From the NCBI GenBank assembly GCA_964016885.1, contig OZ024762.1:8556001-8620000 (forward strand): a stretch of DNA of 64,000 nt, in the 5' to 3' direction. The notes beneath the pieces were generated by a model that had not been told where the DNA came from, searched no databases, and saw only the letters and a list, made by a program, of their open reading frames with translations. A program made the translations under genes and the position numbers. This document shows, in pieces, positions 11,573 to 24,342 of the stretch (positions are counted from its first letter, which is position 1; every line of letters begins with the position of its first letter). Source of the DNA: Eledone cirrhosa. Its lineage: Eukaryota.

Positions 11573-12651
11573 CTATGTATGAATATATAAAGAGAAATGT
11601 TCTAATGAGAGGAAATAAGTGTTGAGCTGTCAACCTTAATTATCGTTAGCTTTAAAGTTATGAATAGTTTATTGCTTCTGTTTTACTGTTGTCACAGGAC
11701 AATAACTTTGAATAGTTTTACCTGAGTATATAACTCCATAGTATGTCTCTTACTTGTTCATGCATTGAAATGTATTTACTGAAATATACCTCCAATGTAT
11801 GTCTCTCTCTCACCTGAGCATTCCTTCCCAACTTGAGTCAGTGGGGCTGGATTGAGGGAGCAGCAAAAGGCCAGACAGCATCACAATCTTTCTGTTTCGT
11901 GAGGGTAGGCCCCTCATCTGGGAGGCCACATACTGTGACATCTTCTCTAGTAGCAACCTGGTGTGTTTGGCCACCATCCCAGGCTCTGCTGCCTGCCAAG
12001 CTGAAGAGGGCAAGCTGTCCAAGTATCGGTCGCTCTCTGATAGGGTTGTGGTAGAGTCTGCAGCGGTGGAGACTTCCTGTGTTCTTCGCCCCCAGACCAC
12101 ATCCCTACTGTCTGATAGGTTTGTGGTAGAGCCTGCAGCAATGGAGACTTCCTGCCCCAGACTACATCCCTACTCATTTCTCTCAGAGCAGAGTTGGCTG
12201 TCCGTTGGTACGAGATCTGAGAGTTGGAGTGGCTATTCCAGATTGCCTCCCTCGTCGTCCCCCAAGGCTATGTATTCTCCATCCTGTTCGCCAGGACTTA
12301 CATGCAGAGGGTAAGTTCGTTGGTGGTAGAGGATTATCATTCGGACGTTACAAACGAAAATGCTACTGTGGTCAAGACCTAGCATACCATTTTTGTTGTT
12401 TTCCCCACAAACATTTACCTCCCCTATTCTTATTTTTGTTGCTTACTGTCAGACGAATTTATTTCAAAAGGATTTTGAAATTCTCAGGCAATATCTTTCA
12501 TAAGATCACTGAAATGAAAGGGTTAAACCAGGCAACAAATTTATGGAAAACACAAAGAAGTGGGACATATATCATATGACATCTTATCTGCTTTAAAAAT
12601 TTCACCAATGCGATGACCTAGACTGTACTTCCTGATATAATTGTTTCTACT

Positions 12652-12830
12652 ATTGGCACAAGGCCAGCAATTATCCCAGTGCATTACTGGTACTTTTTTT
12701 TATCGACCCCGTAAGGATGAAAGGCAAAGTTAACCTCGGCGGGATTTGAACTCAGACCATAATGGGGCGTAACTCTATGCTGGAAAGCATGGCGTCCGAC
12801 CCTCTACCGATACTGCCAATCCACCGCTGA
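12652..12830 (-). mobile_element. tRNA-derived SINE (family also at ~19800-20045, 22885-23340 as three adjacent copies, 23750-23935, 24040-24150, 51999-52179, 60203-60383)
   Basis: B-box-like GAGTTCAAATCCC followed by the conserved core AACTTTGCCTTTCATCCTTACGGGGTCGATAAAATAAAGTACCAGT. Confidence 0.8.
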
Positions 12831-13399
12831 TATAATGACAGGATGGTTATCATCATCATCGTTTAATGTCCATCTTCCACGCTAGCATGGGTAGGACGGG
12901 CTGTCCCTTTGTGAGGGATCAAGTCTGGGGACTGATTTGCTCACACAGAACTGATTTTGGCTTGGTTTATGTGGCTGGGTGCCCTTCCTAACGCCAACCA
13001 CGTTTACAGTGTGGACTGGGTGCTTTTTGTCGTGACACCTACACAATGGAAGCCCTTTCGTCACCTGGCTTTTTAGAGTTCTCAGGTATGTCCCTATCCT
13101 GGTCATGTATGAGTGGTTGTCATCTTAACACCAGCTTGGTCTGTTTTGTTGGGGTGACACAAGACACTGCACCCCCTACCTTACCAAACCTCTCTGGTCA
13201 CTCAACCTGCTAGAAATAACAGCAAAATCTTTAAATCATATCTAGATGATATAGTCCAGAGTATCCATGGCTAGGATAGCTGTGATTCAGGTACAGTAGT
13301 GGTTGTAGTTTAACCTTTGGTCAGCTTGGGTGGTTTAAACAACCATTGCCTATTTATGCATGAGATATGTTTTGGGTGTTCTTGCAGGCTATCCCCAGC

Positions 13400-13770
13400 C
13401 ATATCATAGGGTATGTCCTCAGTATAGGGTGTCCTCAGTCAGATCATAGGATATGTCCCCAGTCTGGCCATAGGGTATGTCCCCAGTCTGGCCATAGGGT
13501 ATGTCCCCAGTCTGGCCATAGGGTATGTCCTCAATCTGACGATAGGGTATGTCCCCAGTCTGACCATAGGGTATGCCCTCAATCTGACGATAGGGTATGT
13601 TCCCACAGAGTACATACCTAGTCAGACCACAGTGTATGTCCCCAGACAGACCACAGGGTATGTCCCCAGACAGACCACAGGGTATATACCTAGTCAGACC
13701 ACACAGTATGTCCCCAGACAGACCACAGGGTATATACCTAGTCAGACCACACAGTATGTCCCCAGTCGGA
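13400..13770. repeat. 24-bp minisatellite with variant turnover
   Basis: CCATAGGGTATGTCCCCAGTCTGG units change to CAGACCACAGGGTATGTCCCCAGA / CAGACCACAGGGTATATACCTAGT after about 13605. Confidence 0.85.
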
Positions 13771-14064
13771 AACATCTCAGTCTGTTTACTGGTTGTGTTC
13801 ACGCCACTGTTTATACCTGGTACCACATTCAACCAAGTTACTCAATCTGTCAGAAATAGCAGACTCAAATCACACTGCCATCTCAGAACAGGTAAAAACA
13901 CATTAGATTATGTAATCCTCTTCATTACTACCATCATCATTAGTAACTGCCAATTCTTGGGGATGTGGCTGGGTTTTCTGACCGTTGTAAGTAGGGTTTC
14001 TTCACCCCCCCCCCCGATATTAGAAACACTGAGTTGTCTCCCTTGAACCTCCCGCAACACAAAT

Positions 14065-14342
14065 GTACTCTCGGGTCTTGAACAATTGTCCCCACGCTTA
14101 TTAAATTTTGCTAATCTATCACCGGCGAAATTTTATTTTAGACATTAAAAGATGTCATTACACATGACAAAAAAAAGAATATTACTAGAAATACCATACG
14201 TTATAAAATAAATAGGATGGGTTGGGGTCTCAATATGTTAATTAAACGACTAATTCTGTTGTGTGTTTTTTTTTAAAAAATCAACGAAGACATCCTAGAA
14301 AAAAATACCTACCCCACTCCTATTATCTGGAACCCGAGAGTA
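14065..14342. mobile_element. MITE with short TIRs
   Basis: TACTCTCGGGT ... ACCCGAGAGTA inverted termini. Confidence 0.5.
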
Positions 14343-14714
14343 ATAGATTCTGCTATTTTTAGCCCTTCTAGTAAGCACGTAGCGGCTTCCTCGTTTCTTC
14401 ATCCTGTTTGTTATACTTTAGCCCCAGGTCAGTGTTGATCGAGCAGACCTATGATCGAATTTTATTCAACTTACAACGATAGCATTGTTATTTTTAAATT
14501 TATTTTAACAGGAATGGTGTAACTTGGAGTACATAATTCAATGTGTCCGTTTTTTTAGGCAGTACTTTTAGGAGGTTGAGCGATCATGTGGGGGCCTCGT
14601 ATAACAGGTTGGCTTTGTCAACCGGTTCTGGTCCTCCCACGTTCTCAAGATTTTTTTAATCTTTTATCAACAAAATAACTTTGTCATCGCGCCTCAATAG
14701 CAAATATAAATGAT

Positions 14715-15330
14715 TAGTGGTGGTAAGAGTAATGACGGTTGGCGTGGTGGTGGAGGTGACGGTAGTGATAGAGAGGTGGTGGTAATAGTAATGACGGTAG
14801 GGGTGGTGGTGACGGTAGTGGTAGAGGTGGTGATTGTAGTGATGGCAGTTTTAGTAGCAGTAATGTTAGGGTGGTGGTGGTGTAGTGATGGTAGGGTAGT
14901 AGTGGTAATATTTGTATTAATGATGATGATGGTGGTGGTAATAGTGATATAGAGGTGGTGGTTGTAGTAGTGATAGAGGTGGCGGTGGTAGTAGTGATAG
15001 ATGTTGTGGTGGTAATAGTGATAGTAAGGTGGTGGTGGTAATAGTGATAGAGAGGCGGTGGTAGTAGTGATAGATGTGATTGTTATAGTGATAGTAAGGT
15101 GGTGGTGGTAATAGTGATATAGAGGTGGTGGTGGTGGTTGTAGTAGTGATATAGTGGTGGTGGTGGTGGTGATAGTGATAGAGGCGGTGGTAGTAGTGAT
15201 AAATGTGGTGATTGTTATAGTGATAGTAAGGTGGTGGTTGTAGTAGTGATATAGAGGTGGTGGTGGTGGTGGTGTTAATAGTGATATAGTGGTGGTGGAG
15301 GTGGTGGTTATGGTTATGTGGCTAATAAGA
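14715..15330. repeat. (GGT/AGT/GAT)n low-complexity tract
   Basis: Directly visible trinucleotide-based repeat. Confidence 0.9.
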
Positions 15331-17518
15331 GGGGGGAAGGTAGTGTGTGTTTGTATTTTCTAAACTTGTCATTATTTGTAAGGAGTTAAAACTAATTTCT
15401 CCACATTGTTCTCTTTTCTTTGTGGTGTGTCTGTATGTGTGTCTCTATATCCGTGTGTGTGTATGTATGTCTATATCCATGTATGTGTATGTATGTCTAT
15501 ATCCATGTATGTGTATGTATGTCTATATATCCGTGTATGTGTATTCGCCTCTATATCTGTATTTGTATTTATTTATGTGTGTGTGTGCCTCTATATCCGT
15601 GTGTGTGTGTGTGTGTTTGTATTCATGTATGTGTATATTGTTCTATAATGTGTTCCAGCCGAGGGGCTGGGGTATTCGTTTCAGCTCTCTGAGTTCAAAT
15701 CCTGTCGAGGTCAACTTTACCTTTCATCCATTCGAGGTTTATAAGGAAAAGTACCAGTCTACTACTGGGGTAGATTCTTCCTCTATATCTCTTTCTCTCT
15801 CTATATATCCTTCTCTGGAAGAAATCTGCTGTATTCCAACCTAGAAAAGGGCTCAGCTGGGTTTAAAAATGCCCTAGAAACACAGTATGTCAACATAGCA
15901 CCCCAAAGATTTACTGGACTTTGCATGCATTCTGTCCATATGTGTGTACAAATCTATATATGTGTGTATGTCTATACCTGTGTGTGTGTGTGGGGGGGGG
16001 GGGGGGCTCTCTATATCCGTGTATGTCTGTGTCTACCATTTCCTTGATATTTGTCAATCTACCCCCCACCCCCTTCTACAGTGTCAAGGTGTCATGTTCA
16101 TTGTTTCAACAGGTAAATAATATCCTTATCATGGCATTCACCCATTTCTGCGTTTTATATCATCATCATCATCATTTAATGTCCTATTTTTCAATGCTAG
16201 CATGGGTTAGACAGGATGTCCACATTGAGACAAGTCTGGCCAGTTGGCTGTGCTGTACATTGCTCAAACAGAACTGTATTTTGGCTGGGATTTTTACAGC
16301 TTGATACTCTTCCTAACTCCAACCTCGTTTATATATATATGGCTGTGCCCCAGTATGGCCTCAGTTCAATAACTAAAACCAGTGAAATTATATATATATA
16401 TTTTCACACATACATTATACATCGGCAATAGCACTGACATAGTGTGCCATGCCTGGTGGGCCACTTTACCATTTACATTACTCTATATATACTATTGTAT
16501 TTTCGCAGTAAAGGCTTTATCTCACATAATATTGAATCTATGAGATTTTGATATTATTTATTTTAAGAATGATACCTTAACATCAGTATGAATGGCCGGT
16601 TGGAACAGAAAGAGGTGAGAGAATTCTGGCCGGATACAGCCAGTTTAAATGCTAAAGGGTTAAAGTTAAAGTCTGATCTAAGCCAAAGGCTCATCCCCGG
16701 TTTCTTTGGTATTAAGCTACTGAGAGTACAAGACTCTCCCTGGACAGGATGCCAGTCTATTGTAGGATTAACTCCCCAGCTACTGCTGGTACCCACTCTC
16801 TGCTGCATGTACTGGAGCAATGTGAAATAAAGTATTTTGTTCAAGAACTCACCACAACACCTTATCCAGGAATCGAACCAACATTATGATCCTAAGTCCA
16901 ACATCCTGACCATTAAGAATTTGGATGGATTAAATAATATAACTATTTCACATTGCTCCAGTTTACTTTTATTTCACATTGCTCCAGTTTACTTTTATTT
17001 CACATTGCTCCAGTTTACTTTTATTTCACATTGCTCCAGTTTACTCAGCTGTAGAAATGAGATGATAGGGACTGGGGTCCCTATCATTCCACTGCAAAGT
17101 GGTCGTGGAGGTGCCACGGCAAAAAAGCACCCAGCCCACACTGTAGTATAGTATATCTAATATACTATTAAAAACATGGGCGTCGGTGGTGAGAACAGAC
17201 CTCAGATCGCTGAAGCTGACGGTGGAGATGACGAAGGACCGTGACAAGTGGAGAGATGCTGTGTTGAATAAGACCCGCCCCCACCCTTGCAAGCAGGGAA
17301 AAGCGGACGTAAAATGATGATGATGATATTATATCATCTCTACCATCTCACACCACTGCCTTAGGCCTCCCCCTGCACCTTCTCAATGATCCCCCCGGGG
17401 ATGGGGGCGGTAGCACCCACTTTGAGAACCTCTGGGTTAAAGCATACAGTTTTATATTGTAGAACTAGGGGTGGTTTTAAATGAAAAAGGTTAACTGTTA
17501 TTGTTATTGTTGCAACAG

Positions 17519-17642
17519 CCATGAAGAAATACAAACCAACAGACTCCACAACAAACCCTTCTCTCATCTTGGCTGCTGCCAACATGTCTGACTATGAGGA
17601 ACTCATGAAGAAGGCCGTTAAGTGGGCAAAATCAAAAGGAGG
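17519..17642 (+). CDS. TALDO1: Transaldolase exon 2 ([41 protein letters not shown])
   Basis: Contains signature D-S-TTNPSLI; acceptor aacag|, donor |gtaagg; phase matches exon 1. Confidence 0.97.
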
Positions 17643-17674
17643 GTAAGGGCCGTCTTCTTTTTACACTTGTGTCT

Positions 17675-18225
17675 CTGGGGGTGGTTGTTGGTGTGTGTGG
17701 GTGAGGGGTGATGTAGGGTGGTTGTTGGTTGTGTGTTGTAGGGGTGGTTGTTGGTTGTGTTGTGGGGGTGGTTGTTGGTTGTGTTGTGGGGGTGGTCGTT
17801 TGTGTGTGTTGTTGGTTGTATGTTGTAGGGGTAGTCGTTGGTTGTGTTGAGGGTGATGTAGGGGTGGTTGTTGGTGTGTGTGCGGGGGTGGGGGGTGGGG
17901 GTGATAGTTGTATGGGGTGGTTGTTGGTGTGTTGTGTTGTAAGGGTGGTTGTTGGTGTGTTGTGTTGTAGGGGTGGTTGTTGGCTGGGGGGTGGGGGTTG
18001 TTTGTGTGTGTGTTGTGGTGGTTGTTGGTTGCGTGTGTGTTGTGGTGATAGTTGTACGGGGTGTGTGTGTGTTGTAGTGGTGGTTGTGGGGGTGGTTGCA
18101 TGTACTGTGGTGGTGGTGGTGGTGGTGGTGGTAGTTGTGGGAGTGGTTGTGTCTGTTGTTGTGGTTGCTATGGTAGGAATGGGTGTGTCTGTGATGTTGT
18201 GATGGTGGTTGTTGTTTCTGTGTTG
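17675..18225. repeat. GT-rich low-complexity tract filling transaldolase intron 2
   Basis: GTTGTTGGTGTG-type units; explains the Thr/Pro/His/Val-rich pseudo-ORFs. Confidence 0.9.
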
Positions 18226-18256
18226 TATACTCACCAAAGTTTATTATTATTTTCAG

Positions 18257-18364
18257 ATCTGACAATGAACAGCTGACCAATGCTTTAGACAGACTGAATG
18301 TGTTGTTTGGTTGTGAAATATTAAAGATTATTCCAGGTCGTGTCTCCACAGAAGTTGATGCCAG
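18257..18364 (+). CDS. TALDO1: Transaldolase exon 3 ([37 protein letters not shown])
   Basis: [11 protein letters not shown] motif; tttcag| acceptor, |gtgaga donor. Confidence 0.97.
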
Positions 18365-18414
18365 GTGAGAAGTGATGGTCGTTGGTGGGTCTCTGGTTGT
18401 GATCGGGTGGGGTA

Positions 18415-18755
18415 TCTTCTCTCTATCTATCTATCTCTAGCTCTCTTTCTCTCTCTTTATCTCTATCTATCTCTAGCTCTCTTTCTCTCTATCTATCTCT
18501 CTCTCTCCCTATTTCTTTATCTCTCTCCCTCTATCTATCTTTCTTTCTCTCTGCCTCTATTTAGCTCTCTCCCTCTATCTATCTCTTTCTTTCTCTCTGC
18601 CTCTATTTATCTTTCCTTCTCCTTCTTTCTCTTTCTATCTCTCTTTCTCCTTCTATATATCTCCTTTTCTCCTTCTATATATCTCCTTTTCTCTCTTCCT
18701 TTCTATCTCCTTTCTCTCTCTCTCTCTCGCTCTCTCTAGCCATATCTATCTATCT
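18415..18755. repeat. CT/TCTA microsatellite in intron 3
   Basis: Directly visible. Confidence 0.9.
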
Positions 18756-18823
18756 GTCCCACTTTGATTCAATGTATTTGTGTATAATATTGATGTTATT
18801 TTTCTCTATTCTCCAACGTTTAG

Positions 18824-18955
18824 ATTGTCCTTTGACAAAGATGCTATGATCCACAGAGCCAAGAGTATCATTGCTATGTATAAAGATCTCGGGATTGACA
18901 AAAAGAGAATCTTAATAAAGCTTAGCTCTACTTGGGAAGGAATTGAAGCTGCTAA
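18824..18955 (+). CDS. TALDO1: Transaldolase exon 4 ([44 protein letters not shown]), contains the Schiff-base lysine
   Basis: [12 protein letters not shown] active-site signature; tttag| acceptor, |gtaagt donor. Confidence 0.97.
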
Positions 18956-20597
18956 GTAAGTTAACTCCCTTGATAATATATTCCTTCATTTTATAGAGGG
19001 CGCTGCAGTTCATTGGCGCGGGATTATTAGCTCCTCTTCTCTTTCCATTTCTATGTTAACCCTTTCGCATTTAAACCGGCCGCATCCGGCTGGAATTCTC
19101 TCACCTCTTTCTGTCCGAACCGGCTGTAACCGGCCACTATACCTACATTAACCCTTTAGCATTTAAACCGGCCGTATGTATCTGGTCAGAATCTCTCACC
19201 TCTTTCTTTTCAAACCGGCTGTAACCGTCTGCTCATACTTATGTTAAGGTATTGTTCTCAAAATAAATATCAAATTCTCATAAATTCGATATTATGTGAG
19301 ATAATTATCTGAAATAAAGTGTTTACCGTGAAACTACAATAGTAAATATAGAGTAATGTAAATGCTAAAGAGTTAAGTATCTATTCTGGCCACTCATACT
19401 GATGTTAAGGTATTGCTCTCAAAAGAAATAGCATCAAAATCTTATAGATTCGATATTATGTGAGATAATTACCGTATTTCCCGGTATTTCCTGAAATAAA
19501 GTGTTTACCATGAAAATACAATAGTAAATATTGAGTAATATAAATGGTAAAGGCTTATTTGATTCGTTTTGTATTTAGTCTCTTCTTACTATGTTCTGAG
19601 TTCAAATCCTACTGAGGGAAACTGTCTTTCATCTTTCTGAAGTTAATATATGGGGTTGGAATAAGGAAACAAGGAAGCCACATGGCTGCTTGAAGGGCTA
19701 AAATAGCAGAATCTCTTTCTCTTGGGACCCAAATAATAGGAGTGGGGTTGGTAAATTTTCAAGATTATTCATGACCCAAGAGTAATGTAACAAATTATTA
19801 TTCAGTATCGGTAGAGAGTCAGACATGCTTTACGGCATATAGTTACATCCCTTTCATCATCATCGTTTAACTTCCATCTTCCACGCTAGCATGGGTTCTA
19901 AATTCAAATTCCGCCAAGGTTAGCTTTGCCTTTCATCCTTACGGGGTTCGATAGAATAAAGTACCAGTTATGTACTGGGGTTGATTTAATCGACTTTCCC
20001 CTCCCCCGAAATTGCTGGCCTTGTGCCTAAATCAGAAATCATTATTATTATTGTTGTTATTCTTGGAGTCTCAGTCATTAATGTTATTTAACTGGAAAGT
20101 TTGTTAAAATGAACATCAGGACGTATCGGAGGTTTGTTGCTGTTCCCAGCAAGTAATGCCTTTTGAAGTGTTCCAAAAAAGGGGGCTAGACTAATGTTCT
20201 TTAACCATCCTTGAAAACTCTTCAAGATAGAACCTCGATCTCATGACAGTACCAAGTCCTTTTTAATTCCCACTTTAAATCCTGGTATCGGTTAGTTTTC
20301 TCCTCCTTTTCTTACACTGTTGTGCCAACAGGGCAGGCTACATCTACAATCAGGCACGATTTTTTTTCCATGTCAAAAACCACCAGGTCAAGCCTATTGT
20401 GTTCTAATTTATTGTCTGTATCCTGAAATCCCTTAGCACCTTCACCGACTCTGGCTTATGCTCATACCACTTCTCAGAATGTAGTAAATTATTTAGTTTG
20501 CATAAATACCAGTGAATCACCTTTCCTATTATATCATGTCTCCATCCTTTATAGTGAGTCTGGGCTATTATTATTATTATTTATATTATGTTTACAG

Positions 20598-20658
20598 AGA
20601 GCTGGAATCCAAAAATGGCATCCATTGCAACATGACTTTGCTGTTCAACTTTTATCAG
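20598..20658 (+). CDS. TALDO1: Transaldolase exon 5 (ELESKNGIHCNMTLLFNFYQ)
   Basis: GIHCNMTLLF motif; tacag| acceptor, |gtgaat donor. Confidence 0.96.
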
Positions 20659-20855
20659 GTGAATTCTTCTGTTATTGTTTTCATTCTACTGTAGGTGGCA
20701 CTAAGTGCCATGGAGACTGAGGCAGTGATAAGGTTGCTAGGTAACAGCAGACACAGTTCCTTTCCTGGCCTTTCAATTCTCATTATAAATCAATTTAAAG
20801 GGAAGAGGAATGTCAGAATCGGTGCAGCATCGGACAAACTGCCTTGCAAGCATTT

Positions 20856-21026
20856 ACCGTATTTCTCAGCACTGAAGACACTTTGTCCTCGAGGACACAC
20901 CCTAATTTTGACAACCAAAAAATTTGGAAAAAAATAATAAACAACCTTCAGCCTCCAGGATGCATGGTAGATTTTTGAGATTTATTTTAGGAGAAAAGTA
21001 GCGTCTTCGATGCTGGAAATACAGGA
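20856..21026. mobile_element. pogo/Tigger-like MITE
   Basis: TACCGTATTTCTCAGCACTGAAGAC ... GTCTTCGATGCTGGAAATACAGGA imperfect inverted termini. Confidence 0.55.
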
Positions 21027-21389
21027 GTGATGGCTCTTTACATTCTGACTTCAAATTCTGTCATGGTAAACTTTGCTTTTTATCATTTTGAGGTTGATAA
21101 AATAAAGTACAGCATAGTTGTGTCCACAAGATCCCAGATCTCATTTACTTACTGTGTGGGGGTGTAACTCGTCAAATTGGACCAAAGCTATTATGTTTCC
21201 AATGGTCTTTCCATTGCTGATACTATCTACTGGTCACAAATCCTGGGAGAAAATATAAAGTTTCCATGTCAAGAATGGAACCTGGACCACCCGGGTGAAA
21301 GCCAGGAATATTGAGATCAATATAATCAATTTTCCCCCTCCTCGTAGATTATAGGCCTTGTGCCTAGATTAGAAATCATTATAGACCAA

Positions 21390-21835
21390 TATCATCATCA
21401 TCATCACCGTTGAATGTCCATTTTTCCATGCTAGCATGGGTTAGACAAGTTGTCCCGTTGTGAGAGAAGCCAAGTCAGATGACCGTGTCTTGCTCACACA
21501 GAACTGATTTTGGCTTGGTTTCTATGGCTGGATGCCCTTCCTAATGCCAACCACATTCACAGTGTGTACTGGGTGCTTTATGTTGTCACCTACACAACCA
21601 TTTTACAGTGTGGACTGGATGCTTTTTGTTGTGTCACCTACGCGACCATTTTACAGTGTGGTCCGGGTACTTGTTACCGTGACACCAAAACGACCACTTT
21701 ACAGTGTGGACTGGGTGCTTTTTGTCATCTCACCTACATGACCACTTAACAGTGTGGACTGAGTGCTTTTTGTTGTGTCACCTACATGACCACTTAACAA
21801 TGTGGACTGGGTACTTTTTGTCATGACACCTACAT
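21390..21835 (-). mobile_element. Interspersed repeat with (GAT)n tail and internal 48-bp tandem expansion (same family as 3450-4520)
   Basis: Reverse complement of the 3450-4520 element, including about 6 copies of the 48-bp unit. Confidence 0.75.
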
Positions 21836-21924
21836 TTTACATAACTCCTCAAAAATCTTCCGTTTCCATAAAAAGAATTAGTTTGTAGTTTTCTGTTAAC
21901 AGAAGGAATGTCATTTGTGTTTAG

Positions 21925-22039
21925 GCTGTAGCTTGTGCTGAAGCAGGAGTGACTCTCATCTCACCATTTGTCGGTCGTATATTGGACTGGTTTGTCAAAC
22001 ATACAGAAGTTAAATCCTATGAATCTTTGGAAGACCCAG
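21925..22039 (+). CDS. TALDO1: Transaldolase exon 6 ([39 protein letters not shown])
   Basis: [12 protein letters not shown] motif; tttag| acceptor, |gtatgt donor. Confidence 0.97.
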
Positions 22040-22693
22040 GTATGTCCATGTTTGCTCACCTGCTTTTCTGTTTTCACTGTTTCTCATTCCCATAGTTCTG
22101 TTTTCTATTCATCAAGAAAATTTACTGGAATAAACAACTTCTGAAATTGTTGCGAAAAAGATTTTATTGATTTTTGATTTTTGGAGGCACAGTGTGACAC
22201 CCAGTTGTTCAACCCTTCAGTTACCAACCCACCTAAAACCAGCTCTGGTTCTATGAATTAAAACCCACCTATGTTAAAGGTTTCCAATTTAAATTAAAAT
22301 CTTCCAACATCATCTTATATAAGAACTTTACATTAAGTTACTATCATACCAATCTGACCAAAACTGACTCTGGTTCTGTGTGTGTGTGTGTGTGTGTGTG
22401 ACAGCTCACACTTATGCAGGTATATCTCGTTGGAGGTATATCTGGTTCTATGGAATAAAGTCAGCCATTTTAAAGGTTTCCAATTTAAATTAAAATCTTC
22501 CAACATAATTTTATATAAGAACCATATGTTAAGTTAATACTTTAATAAAATAATCAATAATTTTAGTAAATCACTCCAACATAATTTTATATAAGAACCT
22601 GAGGTTTTAATTTTATATTAAGTCATTTTGTGTCAATCTCATTTTGAAATTAGTATTCTCATTTTGAAATAAATAATCTCACTTTGTTTGCAG

Positions 22694-22823
22694 GTGTAAA
22701 AAGTGTGACAAAGATTTATAACTACTACAAGAAATTCAACTATAAAACAGTTGTGATGGGAGCTTCATTTCGTAACATTGGAGAAATAACAGGTTTGGCT
22801 GGCTGTGATCTCTTGACCATCAG
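22694..22823 (+). CDS. TALDO1: Transaldolase exon 7 ([43 protein letters not shown])
   Basis: VMGASFRN and LAGCD motifs; ttgcag| acceptor, |gtaaga donor. Confidence 0.97.
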
Positions 22824-23341
22824 GTAAGACGGACATTTTCTTTCTTCACATTCATATTATATTTACTTTTATTAAATTCAGCTTAGAGTTACAGTCCTTT
22901 ACTGTCTGAGTTCAAATCCCGCCGAGGTTAACTTTGCCTTTCATCTTTATAGGGTCGATAAAATAAAGTACCAGTAATGTACTGGATAGTTGCTGGCCTT
23001 ATGCCAAAAGTAGAAACAATTATTTATGTGGATTGGCAGTATCGGGAGAGTGTAGGACACCATGCTTTGCAGCATAGAGTTAGGGTCCATTACGTTCTGA
23101 GTTCACATCCCACCGAGGTTAACTTTGCCTTTCATCCTTACGGGGTCGATAAAATAAAGTACCTGTAATGCACTGGGGTTATTGCTGGCCTTGTGCCAAA
23201 ATTAGAAACAATTATTAGTTAAGGGATTGGATTGGCAATATCAGTAGAGCAGCTGACATTATGCTTTACAGCATAGAGTTATGGCCCTTTACATTCTGAG
23301 TTCAAATCCTGCCGACGTTAGCTTTGCCTTTCATCCTTCAT

Positions 23342-23617
23342 TTAAATAATTTTGAAAACCATACAATGCACTAGAAATAAAATTAAAATTGCTAAGATAA
23401 CAAAAGAATCTTACCTTAGCAAATTTAATAATCTACTTTCCAATCAAGTCAACTCCAATTGATATTTTAAGTGTCTCACAGGGCTACTCCCTTCATAATG
23501 GGTTTTTAAACCCGAAAATATTTGGGATTATTAAATTTGCTAAGGTAAGATTCTTTTGTTATCTTAACAATTTTAATTTTCTTTCTTCTGTATTGTATGG
23601 TTTTCAAAATTTTTAAA
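23342..23617. mobile_element. Fold-back element in intron 7 with degenerate hammerhead in its loop (23488-23527)
   Basis: About 92-bp inverted arms; loop reads TCCC-TTCATAA-T-GGGTTT tt AAACCC-GAAA-ATATTT-GGGA. Confidence 0.55.
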
Positions 23618-23663
23618 ACTTTTAACAATATTTATCTATGTATTTATTGTCTTTTTTAAACAG

Positions 23664-23731
23664 CCCCAAATTGTTGGAAGAACTCAGCAAAATGAACCAA
23701 GTCTTACAGACCCAACTATCTGCTGACAAAG
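23664..23731 (+). CDS. TALDO1: Transaldolase exon 8 (PKLLEELSKMNQVLQTQLSADK)
   Basis: Continues TIS-PKLL; aacag| acceptor, |gtatgt donor; phases consistent. Confidence 0.94.
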
Positions 23732-24309
23732 GTATGTACAAATTGATTCATTGGCAGTATTGGTAGAGGGTCGGACACCATGCTTTGCAGCATAGAGTTA
23801 CGCCCCTTTATGGTCTGAGTTCAAATCCCGCCAAGGTTAACTTTGCCTTTCATCCTTACGGGGTCGATAAAATAAAGTACCAGTACAACAGTGGGGTAAT
23901 TGCTGGCCTTGTGCCAAAAATAGAAACAGTTATTATAGTAGCCATACATTGCAGTCAATTTAATCAACTTTCCCCTCCTCACATTAACATTGTTAGCTTT
24001 TTGCCCAAATTAGAAATCGTTATTAATTAGATTTTGGGCTGTGGATTGGCAGAATCGGTAGAGCATCAGACACCTTGCTTTGTTGCGTATAGTTACATCT
24101 TTTTACTTTCTGGTTTCAAATCCCACCAAGGTTAGCTTTGCCTTTCATCCTCCATATGCATCATATGTCTATACCAACACAATCTCCTTTCTTGTGCACT
24201 GCATTTGATCCCTCTTATGTCCAGTTTCTCTCAGTTCATTTATGCTTTACCGTTCATGCATATTACTATTACACATCCATCAAAGCATGCCAACTTCATT
24301 TCTTTCCAG

Positions 24310-24331
<22 letters not shown>

Positions 24332-24342
<11 letters not shown>

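Noticed and set aside
17618-18349. Mucin-like or His/Thr/Pro-rich ORFs
   Set aside because: Translations of the GT-rich low-complexity intron 2 of transaldolase.
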